From Clostridia bacterium (lineage in GTDB: Bacteria; Bacillota; Clostridia; Monoglobales; Firm-18), in assembly GCA_045654805.1 (NCBI GenBank), contig JAZOOD010000027.1, positions 1,719 through 65,718 of the forward strand: a stretch of 64,000 nt of DNA, given 5' to 3'. The notes beneath the pieces are model-generated. The model was given only the letters and a program-made list of their open reading frames with translations. It was not told the origin of the DNA and ran no database searches. Both the position numbers and the translations under genes were made by a program. Of this stretch, positions 7,091-15,582 are shown piece after piece; positions within the stretch are counted from its first letter, which is position 1, and the number at the start of each line of letters is the position of its first letter.

Positions 7091-7361
7091 ACTTTATACA
7101 TATATCCCAACCACCCACCCTTGCAAAATACCATAAGGATATAATTCCCATATGATTTAATGTTGTATAAGAATTTTAAGTTGTATTATTATTTTATACT
7201 AGTATATATACCTCTCTATATTAATAACAACGACACTGTCTAAATTTATGTCCAATATAAAACTTTTTTTATAAATATTTTCCAAAATAATACTTTTCTG
7301 TGTTATTGCTGAAAATAAAATTTTTAAATTTTTCTATGTATTCCATATCAAGCAGAAGGCA

Positions 7362-7766
7362 GGTACAGAAGAACTTGCACACCTTGAAATTGTTGGTGCA
7401 ATGGTTCATCAGTTAACCAGAAATTTATCTATGAAACAAATTAAAGAACAAGGTTTTGGTGATTATTATACAGACCACGGTGTTGGCGTATATCCACAGA
7501 GTGCAGCAGGTACTCCCTGGTCAGCTGCAACAATTGCTGTAAAAGGTGATGTAATTGCAGACCTCAACGAAAACCTTGCTGCTGAACAAAAAGCAAGAGC
7601 AACCTACGAAAATCTGCTAAAATTAGCTGATGATCCTGATGTAATTGAACCTCTAAAATTTCTTCGTACAAGAGAAATTGTTCATTATCAACGTTTCGGT
7701 GAAGTTTTAAATGATATTCAACAAAAAATGTCATCTAAAAACAAATTTTATTTTAACAAAAAATGA
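7362..7766 (+). pseudogene. cotJC: manganese catalase / CotJC-family gene, 3' segment of an interrupted gene
   Basis: GTEELAHLEIVGAMVHQL...AAEQKARATYENLL...FLRTREIVHYQRF, with the ExxH and REIVH metal-ligand motifs. It is in frame with the 5' segment when 1517 is joined to 7365. Confidence 0.85.
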
Positions 7767-7797
7767 CAAAACTTTTTTCAATATTATAAAAAACAAT

Positions 7798-7827
7798 AAC
7801 CGCAATTCTAAAATTAGAATTGCGGTT
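7798..7827. terminator. bidirectional terminator (cotJC on plus, tRNA operon on minus)
   Basis: AACCGCAATTCTAA/TTAGAATTGCGGTT stem with T-runs on both strands. Confidence 0.7.
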
Positions 7828-7833
7828 ATTGTT

Positions 7834-7924
7834 TGGCGGAGAAGGAGAGATTTGAACTCTCGCGCCGGTTTCCCGACCTACACCCTTAGCAGGGGCGCCT
7901 CTTCGGCCTCTTGAGTACTTCTCC
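7834..7924 (-). tRNA. tRNA-Ser (anticodon GCU)
   Basis: 91 nt. GGAGAAG...CT-GCT-AA anticodon loop, long variable arm, GTTCAAATC T-loop and encoded CCA. Confidence 0.9.
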
Positions 7925-7988
7925 AAACCGTAGCTAACTATGAAATATTAAAGTAAAAACTCCGAAAGATACTATCTCCGAAGTTTTA

Positions 7989-8078
7989 TGGAGGAGAGGG
8001 GCGGATTCGAACCCCCGGACGGCGCAAACCGTCACTGGTTTTCAAGACCAGCTCTTTAAACCACTCAGACACCTCTCC
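7989..8078 (-). tRNA. tRNA-Ser (anticodon UGA)
   Basis: 90 nt. GGAGAGG...CT-TGA-AA anticodon loop, long variable arm, GTTCGAATC T-loop and encoded CCA. Confidence 0.9.
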
Positions 8079-8093
8079 GTGTCAACGAATAAT

Positions 8094-8122
8094 ATTTTAA
8101 CACAATTAAAAGGTTATGTCAA
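8094..8122 (-). promoter_or_regulatory. sigma-A promoter for the tRNA-Ser pair
   Basis: TTGACA, 17 nt spacer, TAAAAT on the minus strand. Confidence 0.6.
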
Positions 8123-8142
8123 TAGTTTTTTGAAATTTTATT

Positions 8143-8172
8143 AAGGAGTTTCTTTAATTAAAGAAACTCCTT
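8143..8172 (-). terminator. terminator after pth
   Basis: AAGGAGTTTCTTTAATTAAAGAAACTCCTT is a perfect hairpin. Confidence 0.6.
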
Positions 8173-8180
8173 GACATGAA

Positions 8181-8738
8181 TCAATTATATTTATTCATTG
8201 CTTTTGAAATGTGACCTTTTATTATTAATTCAATAATCTCAGGTATATTTTTAGCACTTTCAATAAGAATTTTAGTTTCATCCTTGGAAAAATTAGATAA
8301 CACATAATCAGCAAGGTCTCCAACAGGCTCACCTATACCAAAACGAACACGCGGAAATTCATCGCTTTGCAAATGATATATAATATTTTTCATACCATTG
8401 TGTCCGCCGGCACTTCCCTTTTGTCTGATACGAATTTTACCAACATCAAGGGAAATATCATCATACATTACAAGAATGTTTTGAACAGATATTTTGAAAT
8501 AATTGCAAAGTTCTCTTACACTTTCACCAGACAAATTCATATAAGTTTGAGGTTTGGCAAGAATAACGGGTACTCCTCCTATTCTTCCTTCTCCTATCAA
8601 TGCTTTACATTTTACTTTATTAATCTTAATATTTGCATATGACGCTAATACATCAAGCATTTCAAAGCCAACATTGTGTCTGGTATTTATGTATTTTTTA
8701 TCGGGATTACCTAATCCAACTACAAGAAATTTTTCCAT
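8181..8738 (-). CDS. pth: peptidyl-tRNA hydrolase
   Basis: MEKFLVVGLGNPDKKY...HNGMKNI. Start trimmed to the conserved N-terminus. Confidence 0.93.
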   Translation of the reverse strand: MEKFLVVGLGNPDKKYINTRHNVGFEMLDVLASYANIKINKVKCKALIGEGRIGGVPVILAKPQTYMNLSGESVRELCNYFKISVQNILVMYDDISLDVGKIRIRQKGSAGGHNGMKNIIYHLQSDEFPRVRFGIGEPVGDLADYVLSNFSKDETKILIESAKNIPEIIELIIKGHISKAMNKYN

Positions 8739-8739
8739 A

Positions 8740-9696
8740 TTAAACAAATATCTCACTAATTGAAGTATCATCATATATTCTCTTTATTGCTTCACCAAAT
8801 ACATCTGCAACTGAGAGAAATTTAATTTTATCGCATTTCTTTTCTTCAGGCTGACATATTGTATCAAGAATAACAAGCTCATCAATAACAGAGTCATTAA
8901 TTCTTTGAATAGCAGGACCTGACAATACACCATGAGTTGCGCATGCATAAACCTGTTTTGCACCTCTTTCCTTAAGTGCGTTGGCACCATTACAAAGAGT
9001 ACCTGCTGTATCTATCATATCGTCCACTATAATACATATTTTGTCCTTAATATCACCAATAATATTCATAACTTCACAAACATTAGCTTTTGGACGTCTC
9101 TTATCAACAATGGCAATAGGAACATCTAAACGTGTTGCAAAATTTCTCGCTCTTGTTACACTGCCAAGGTCTGGAGAAACAACAACAACATCCTCTTTAT
9201 TTCCATCAAATTTTTCATTAAAATACGGAGCCAAAATTGGCACACCAAGTAAATGGTCAACAGGTATATCAAAAAATCCCTGAATCTGTGGGGCATGTAA
9301 ATCCATTGTAAGAACTCTGTCAGCGCCTGCCTTTGCAATAAGGTCTGCAACAAGTTTAGCTGAAATAGGGTCTCTCGCTTTAGCTTTTCTATCCTGTCTA
9401 GCATAACCATAATAAGGCATAACAGCTGTAATCCTGCCTGCAGATGCTCTCTTACAAGCATCAATCATAATAAGAAGTTCCATCAAATGTTCATTTACAG
9501 GATATGACGTAGACTGAACAATGAATACATCCTGACCTCTGACAGTTTCATTAATATTTACACCAATTTCACCGTCACTAAACTTAAGTACCTGTGCATC
9601 ACCAAGGCTAACACCTAATTTAGATGCGATTGCCTGCGCTAGTTCCGGATTAGCATTTGCAGAAAATACTTTAATGTTTTTACCGTGTGTTATCAC
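8740..9696 (-). CDS. prs: ribose-phosphate pyrophosphokinase
   Basis: Full-length PRPP synthetase motifs ([21 protein letters not shown]). Confidence 0.95.
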   Translation of the reverse strand: MITHGKNIKVFSANANPELAQAIASKLGVSLGDAQVLKFSDGEIGVNINETVRGQDVFIVQSTSYPVNEHLMELLIMIDACKRASAGRITAVMPYYGYARQDRKAKARDPISAKLVADLIAKAGADRVLTMDLHAPQIQGFFDIPVDHLLGVPILAPYFNEKFDGNKEDVVVVSPDLGSVTRARNFATRLDVPIAIVDKRRPKANVCEVMNIIGDIKDKICIIVDDMIDTAGTLCNGANALKERGAKQVYACATHGVLSGPAIQRINDSVIDELVILDTICQPEEKKCDKIKFLSVADVFGEAIKRIYDDTSISEIFV

Positions 9697-9810
9697 TTTT
9701 AAGTCCTCCTATTTACCATTCTTTTTCATAAAAGTTTTATTATATATACAGTATATCACACTTTACTGTAAAAATCTACTTTTTTCTCTATTTTTTTTAA
9801 AAATAAAGTT

Positions 9811-10629
9811 TTATGTTAACATCAACCCACGCATATAGTAAAATAAATATTGCTGTGCAAAGCCTGCAAGCTCGCCAAAATGATCAATAACAAATGAATC
9901 AAATTGTTTTTCATCTACTTCATATAACTGGTGTAAAACTTTTTTTATCCATACATCTTTCGGAAAAACATCATATTTTTGATATGCAAACAGTAATATG
10001 CAATCAGCAACCTTATTACCAACACCTTTTATTTGCTTCAGATATTCTCTTGCATCATTAGTATCCATATTATAAATCATATTAAGATTAATATCGCCAT
10101 TTGACACCTTAATTGCAGCGTCAATAATGTATTTAGCCCTGAATCCGCTCTTTATAACATCAAGCTGTTCAATTGTCAGCTTACTCAATGTATAAGCGTC
10201 GGGAAATGCATAATATGGTTTATCACCATATTTTATTTCTCTACCAAAATTTTCACACAAGCTTTCTATTATCTTCTTTATTCTTGGTATGTTATTATTT
10301 GCAGATATTATAAAGGAAATCAGTGTTTCCCAAGGGTCCTGTTTTAATAATCGTATTCCGTATCCGGCAGGAATAGCCTTTGCTAATATTTCATCTCGTT
10401 CTGAAAGCTTTTCTTTTATTTCATAATAACTTTTATCAAAGTCAAAATATGAATTAACAAGTTCTTCATTATCAATTTCTATATCAAAAATATTATTATT
10501 CTGTACAATCTTAATAACAGAATCACCAACAATACCAAGGTAAGAGTTATCATCAATTTTATTCCACCTAAAGCATTGACCACATTCAAACGTATGTACC
10601 AAATCAAAATCACTATTTTGAATTTTCAT
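9811..10629 (-). CDS. ogg: 8-oxoguanine DNA glycosylase (HhH-GPD, Ogg type)
   Basis: FECGQCFRW N-terminal motif and HhH-GPD (IKGVGNKVADCILLF...D). Confidence 0.8.
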   Translation of the reverse strand: MKIQNSDFDLVHTFECGQCFRWNKIDDNSYLGIVGDSVIKIVQNNNIFDIEIDNEELVNSYFDFDKSYYEIKEKLSERDEILAKAIPAGYGIRLLKQDPWETLISFIISANNNIPRIKKIIESLCENFGREIKYGDKPYYAFPDAYTLSKLTIEQLDVIKSGFRAKYIIDAAIKVSNGDINLNMIYNMDTNDAREYLKQIKGVGNKVADCILLFAYQKYDVFPKDVWIKKVLHQLYEVDEKQFDSFVIDHFGELAGFAQQYLFYYMRGLMLT

Positions 10630-10705
10630 AAAAAACAACCTTCCCATTTACAATTAAAAAGAAAAATGATATAATCATATACAAGCCAAAAAAGGAGATG
10701 TAACA

Positions 10706-11440
10706 ATGAAAGAAACAATATATACAATCCCAATTAACGAGGCATTTGATCAAAAATGCAGTTGTGCTATATGTTCTATTGAATATCGTATTGAAAGAGA
10801 GGAAACCGATGCAGTTTTAGGTCCTGCAATGATGGAGCCTGATTTTCGTATTAATTCTAATCACAAAGGTTTTTGCAAAACACACTACAGTAATTTACTT
10901 AAAAACTGCAAAGCCTTACCAATGGCATTGGTTTTACAAACACATATCCAACAACAAAACAAAGATATTTTTGCTGAAAAGATAGACTTTGTTTCAAAAA
11001 ACAAATTTATGAAAAAGCAAAGTGATGAACATATTTCAGCAACAAAAATTACCAATTATATTGAGAAAGTCAACAACAGCTGCATAATTTGCGACAAAGT
11101 AAATGATATTATGAACAGATACTTTGACAACATTATATACATATGGAAAACCCAGGAAGATTTCCGAAAAAAATTTTCATCACAAGAAGGGTTTTGCATT
11201 CCTCATTTTTCAAAACTCCTAAAATATGCTATGGATAATCTTAACGAACGTGAATTTAAAGAATTTTATCATACAATTATTAATATACAAGAAAAATATC
11301 TAAATCAATATTATAGTGATATTTCAGAATTTACAATGTTATTTGACCATAACAATAACAGCATTCCCAAGGATAATGTAAAAAATTCCATAAAACGTTC
11401 CGTACATATAATTTCAAGCCTTAATTGTGAAAGCGATTAA
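10706..11440 (+). CDS. Cys-rich protein with an internal duplication (DUF6062-like)
   Basis: Two halves each carry CxxC...GFCxxH (CAIC...FCKTH and CIIC...FCIPH). Confidence 0.55.
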   Translation: MKETIYTIPINEAFDQKCSCAICSIEYRIEREETDAVLGPAMMEPDFRINSNHKGFCKTHYSNLLKNCKALPMALVLQTHIQQQNKDIFAEKIDFVSKNKFMKKQSDEHISATKITNYIEKVNNSCIICDKVNDIMNRYFDNIIYIWKTQEDFRKKFSSQEGFCIPHFSKLLKYAMDNLNEREFKEFYHTIINIQEKYLNQYYSDISEFTMLFDHNNNSIPKDNVKNSIKRSVHIISSLNCESD

Positions 11441-12137
11441 CAATATAATTGTTTGCAGTAATTTCAATACTGTCATCAATGTCTTGCAAAACAAAGTCTT
11501 CATACTTGTTTTGCAAGGCTTTTTTTATTATAAAATCACACAGGTGCGGATTTTTAGGCAAAAGTGGTCCATGTAAATAGGTACCTATTACATTTTTATA
11601 CATAACACCCTCATAGCCATCAGCTCCGTTATTTCCATTACCATACACAACTGTTCCAAGTGGATTATAGTTGTTAATGAAAGTTCTTCCTCCGTGATTT
11701 TCAAATCCTACAACGGGATATTCAAGAAAATCCGTGTTTATTACAACATCACCAATAAACCTGTTATCATCATTTTCCGAATAAATATCTAATACTCCCA
11801 ATCCTTTAACAGTTTTATCTTTCATTTTATAATAATTCCCCAAAATCTGATATCCGCCGCATATTGCAACAACAACACCATTATTTTCAACATAATTTTT
11901 AAATTCATCTTTAAATTCATAAAGCTTTTGGCACACTAAAAACTGTTCTCGGTCAGAGCCTCCTCCTATAAAGAGGATATCTGTATTTTCAAAGTTTATT
12001 TTATCGTCTAGCTTATACTCAGTAACAGACACATTAATTCCGCGCCATTCAGCACGTTTTAAAAGTGAAGTAATATTTCCTCTGTCCCCATAGAGATTAA
12101 GTAATTCAGGATACAGATGGGCTATTTTAAGTTCCAT
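11421..12137 (-). CDS. gatD: lipid II isoglutaminyl synthase, glutaminase subunit
   Basis: MELKIAHLYPELLNLYGDRGN and a CobQ-type GATase (ICGGYQ). Translationally coupled to murT. Confidence 0.88.
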   Translation of the reverse strand: MELKIAHLYPELLNLYGDRGNITSLLKRAEWRGINVSVTEYKLDDKINFENTDILFIGGGSDREQFLVCQKLYEFKDEFKNYVENNGVVVAICGGYQILGNYYKMKDKTVKGLGVLDIYSENDDNRFIGDVVINTDFLEYPVVGFENHGGRTFINNYNPLGTVVYGNGNNGADGYEGVMYKNVIGTYLHGPLLPKNPHLCDFIIKKALQNKYEDFVLQDIDDSIEITANNYIVNRFHN

Positions 12138-13471
12138 TATTCCGCCTCCAGACTTTTTAGAATATCGTGCGTAGAAAATAAAGCTGTGTAATTTACCAAA
12201 ATATATAACACTTCAATATCCGCTTCCAAACCTTTTAGAATTGAATCTTTAATATTGTCAGTAATATCAAAATTGTTGATTTCTGCATATTTAAAACGAA
12301 CAGCAACATCATCACGTCTTATGCCTGAAAAATAAAATTTATTTGCATTTACATTATTGAATCTTTCAAAATCAACATCCCAAATCCATGAAATATCTTT
12401 ACCATCACCTGCATTGTCATTAATTACAACAACTATATTTTTCTTTCTCTTATCTCCTGCAACAGTTGAAATTGCCTGGTTAAATCCCGCAGGATTCTTT
12501 GCAAGATTGAACACAACCTGTTTTCCGTTAATAACAAATTCTTCCATTCTTCCGGTCTGTGGCTTATATTCAGAAAGAATATCGTTTAAGTTATCTGAGC
12601 TTATACTACATAGAGAAATGGCACTATAAGACGCAAGAATGTTATAAATATTGTAAAAACCCCTGTATTTTACAGAAAATTTCTGCGTACCTACATTAAA
12701 TTCAATTCCATTATCCAAATTGATGTCTGTTGCCTCGAAGTTAACCTCAGGACGTTTAAAATCGCATTTGCTACACTTATATTTACCCAATTGACTGTAA
12801 TGATAGAAATCATATTCAAGTTCTTCGCCGCAAAACATACAAAAACGACCTTCCTTGGCTTCATTAAGTGCAATACCCGCATCTTCACCTATGCCAAAAT
12901 AGTAACATTCTTTTTTGGATTTTTCTCCAAGAGATGCAACCAACGGGTCATCCGCATTAAGTATCAATTTGGTATTTTCGCACATATCAACAGCTTTTAA
13001 TAAATAATTAATAGTAATATCAATATCACCGTATCGGTCAAGCTGGTCACGGAAAAGGTTTGTGAGAATCATATAATCAGGCTCAAAGTGAGCAAAAACT
13101 TTAACTGCGGAAATTTCATCAATTTCAATACATGCATAATCCGCATCCAAATTGCCAAAAAAATCTGTTTTTTCTACAAAAGCTGTAACAACACCAGGGA
13201 GCATATTTGCCCCTACATTGTTGCAGACAACTTTTTTTTCGGAAGATTTAATTATTGTATTCAAAAGATTATTTGTAGTTGTTTTACCATTTGTTCCGCA
13301 CACAACTATAATTTCATTTTTAATTTGTTTAGCCAGAATTTTTAAAATATCCGGACATATTTTCATAGCAAAAATACCAGGGGTAGACGAACTTTTCTTC
13401 CCTGCAATTTTACCTATAAATATCAAAATTTTGGTTGCCCATACAGCAAGTAATTTCCTCATACAATTCAC
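12137..13471 (-). CDS. murT: lipid II isoglutaminyl synthase, Mur-ligase subunit
   Basis: GTNGKTTT P-loop, a Cys4 ribbon (CMFCG...CSKC) and a DUF1727-like C-terminus. Confidence 0.88.
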   Translation of the reverse strand: MNCMRKLLAVWATKILIFIGKIAGKKSSSTPGIFAMKICPDILKILAKQIKNEIIVVCGTNGKTTTNNLLNTIIKSSEKKVVCNNVGANMLPGVVTAFVEKTDFFGNLDADYACIEIDEISAVKVFAHFEPDYMILTNLFRDQLDRYGDIDITINYLLKAVDMCENTKLILNADDPLVASLGEKSKKECYYFGIGEDAGIALNEAKEGRFCMFCGEELEYDFYHYSQLGKYKCSKCDFKRPEVNFEATDINLDNGIEFNVGTQKFSVKYRGFYNIYNILASYSAISLCSISSDNLNDILSEYKPQTGRMEEFVINGKQVVFNLAKNPAGFNQAISTVAGDKRKKNIVVVINDNAGDGKDISWIWDVDFERFNNVNANKFYFSGIRRDDVAVRFKYAEINNFDITDNIKDSILKGLEADIEVLYILVNYTALFSTHDILKSLEAE

Positions 13472-13484
13472 CTGTTAGTTTTGT

Positions 13485-13982
13485 TTATTTCCAAACTTTA
13501 TCAATAATTCCTGTAACATTACAATTAATGTTGGCAAGAGTAATCTCTTTGCCTGCACATACCTCATACATTTCAGGAGTATAATAACCCGTATCGGTTT
13601 CAGAACCCGTTACTTTAAATGTTAAAACAACATCATACTTTTCAGGAACAACAGCACTCACAATAGTTCCATCTGTTTTTTCAACTTCACAAACGGCTTC
13701 ATTTACTTTAACCTCTGTCAGTGTTCCCATAGATGAGCTGATTTTTCCTGAAAGACGAAAGTCTGTACCTACACTGTTCATAAGTAAATTTTTATTAGTT
13801 TCTCTTATTTCTCTTATAGTAATATTGTAATTAAATTCAGATGTCTGGTTAATCGCACCAACATTATTACCATTAAAACGTACATATGCTCCAATTATTG
13901 CAATAATAATCAGAATTACAACAAGAATATCCACAATACTTATTTTACCAAAAAGCTTACCTTTAGAATTAAACAACATCAA
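13485..13982 (-). CDS. DUF4330 membrane-anchored protein
   Basis: N-terminal TM (ISIVDILVVILIIIAIIGAYV) and a beta-rich ectodomain. Paralogue of the next gene. Confidence 0.6.
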   Translation of the reverse strand: MMLFNSKGKLFGKISIVDILVVILIIIAIIGAYVRFNGNNVGAINQTSEFNYNITIREIRETNKNLLMNSVGTDFRLSGKISSSMGTLTEVKVNEAVCEVEKTDGTIVSAVVPEKYDVVLTFKVTGSETDTGYYTPEMYEVCAGKEITLANINCNVTGIIDKVWK

Positions 13983-13990
13983 AATTCACC

Positions 13991-14470
13991 TCACTTAAGT
14001 TCATACAAATCAACAATATAACCGTTTTCGGAAGCGGCACCTTTTGCATTAAAAGGCATTTTACTCCCTACCGCAATTTCTTCGCTTCCGCTTGTATATG
14101 CTATATTGGATTTTGAAACATCTGACGTTATTGTAACATTGGCAGTATATCTACCCGGTACCTCCGAAATTACAACCTCACCGTCTTCTGTATTATTAAC
14201 CCATTTTTTAAATGGCACAATCTCAACATTAGATATTACCCCAGTACCCGAGGTAGTTTCGCCCAAAGTAACTGAGTCTCCAACTTTAAAACTATTTGCA
14301 GCATCCTCGGATAAATCTTTTACTTCTACTATAAACAAAATTTTTGTAGTATCTGTATTAACAACGGCATCATCCTTTGTCATATTAAAATACACAAAAC
14401 ATCCAACCGCAATTATCAAAACAGCAACAACCAAAATTACAGCATCAATAATATTAAACTTCGGCTTCAT
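13991..14470 (-). CDS. DUF4330 membrane-anchored protein
   Basis: N-terminal KFNIIDAVILVVAVLIIAVG followed by a beta-rich domain. Confidence 0.6.
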   Translation of the reverse strand: MKPKFNIIDAVILVVAVLIIAVGCFVYFNMTKDDAVVNTDTTKILFIVEVKDLSEDAANSFKVGDSVTLGETTSGTGVISNVEIVPFKKWVNNTEDGEVVISEVPGRYTANVTITSDVSKSNIAYTSGSEEIAVGSKMPFNAKGAASENGYIVDLYELK

Positions 14471-15582
14471 TTTTTACCCTCCAATATTTCTAAATAAAAT
14501 TTTTCCATATTTTCTGTCATTACCTTTGCAGTAAATTTATTTTTATATACTTCCAAAGCACCATCAGACAATCTGTTATACAATTCATCATCCTCTAGAA
14601 GTTTAATAATTTTTTCTGCAAATTCTTCAGCATTCTGGCCGTTTACGACATAGCCGTTAAGGTCATCTGTTACAACCTCTGGATTACCTCCAAAACTGCT
14701 TACAATAGCAGGTACACCTACCCGCATACCTTCAATTGCCGCAAGTCCTAAAGCCTCAAATGAAGATGCATTAATCTGAAGGAACATAATGTTATTAAGT
14801 TCAGGTATGTTTTTCACAAAACCTAAAAACACCACATTATCTGCATGAATATCTTTTACATACTGCTTTAAAGATTCCTCAATAGAGCCTGTACCTGCAA
14901 TTACAAATTTGGCATCATATCCCTTATCCTGAACAATCCTTGCAGCGTCAATAAAGTATTTATGGCCCTTTATTTCCTCAAGCCTTGCAATTATTCCGAT
15001 TAATTTTGTTCCGTATTCAATACCAAAATCAGAATATACTCTTTTTTTATTCTCCACATCAAGTCTTTCAACAGGATTAACGCCGTTATAAATAATTTTA
15101 ATTTTTTTATCATTTATACCTGTTTCTATTAAATTTTTACGAGCGGCTTTTGAAATTGCAATAATACCGTCTGCAAAATAACCGTTGATAAATCCGTTAA
15201 CAAGCTTTCCTATAGGATTAGTAAGCTTTTTACTAGGTGCAGAATCTGTATGCCTTGTATAAACAATTGCTTTTACACCGCATAATTTCGCTGCAATTCT
15301 TGCTGACAAACATGCATGTGCATGAACAACATCAGGTTTTTCAACCTTAAATATTTTCAATAGTTGCTTAATAGCAATCTTACTAAATGACTGTTCTGCC
15401 AATCCATCTATTTCGATGTATGAAAAACCAAGCTTTGAAATTTCATCAATCAATTTACTATTATGTGGTAAAACAATTTTTACAATAAAATTATCCTTAT
15501 TGCAATTTTCAAGATAATTTAAAAGGTATTTTCCTGCTCCTCCAATATTAGAGTCACTTATTATGTGTAAAATCTTCTTCAC
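14467..15582 (-). CDS. glycosyltransferase family 4 (GT-B)
   Basis: GGAGKY N-terminal motif and an E..G....EA C-terminal motif. GTG start sits behind an AGGAGG SD. Confidence 0.8.
   Translation of the reverse strand: MKKILHIISDSNIGGAGKYLLNYLENCNKDNFIVKIVLPHNSKLIDEISKLGFSYIEIDGLAEQSFSKIAIKQLLKIFKVEKPDVVHAHACLSARIAAKLCGVKAIVYTRHTDSAPSKKLTNPIGKLVNGFINGYFADGIIAISKAARKNLIETGINDKKIKIIYNGVNPVERLDVENKKRVYSDFGIEYGTKLIGIIARLEEIKGHKYFIDAARIVQDKGYDAKFVIAGTGSIEESLKQYVKDIHADNVVFLGFVKNIPELNNIMFLQINASSFEALGLAAIEGMRVGVPAIVSSFGGNPEVVTDDLNGYVVNGQNAEEFAEKIIKLLEDDELYNRLSDGALEVYKNKFTAKVMTENMEKFYLEILEGKK

Larger units (their letters stand above)
1518..7361. mobile_element. 5.8-kb intervening element inserted in cotJC (large serine recombinase type)
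   Basis: Boundaries are set by loss and regain of catalase homology. GGT is present at both junctions (1515-1517 and 7362-7364). The recombinase gene ends 76 bp from the left junction. Every gene inside is on the minus strand. Confidence 0.8.

Noticed and set aside
7089-7151. 20-codon hydrophobic ORF (MGIISLWYFARVGGWDICIK) as a type I toxin.
   Set aside because: It has no SD, no recognisable antitoxin RNA arrangement, and is very short. It is kept only as a possibility within the orphan-transcript finding.
7711-7914. 67-aa plus-strand ORF overlapping the cotJC terminator and tRNA-Ser.
   Set aside because: It runs antisense through a tRNA gene and a terminator hairpin and has no SD. It is spurious.
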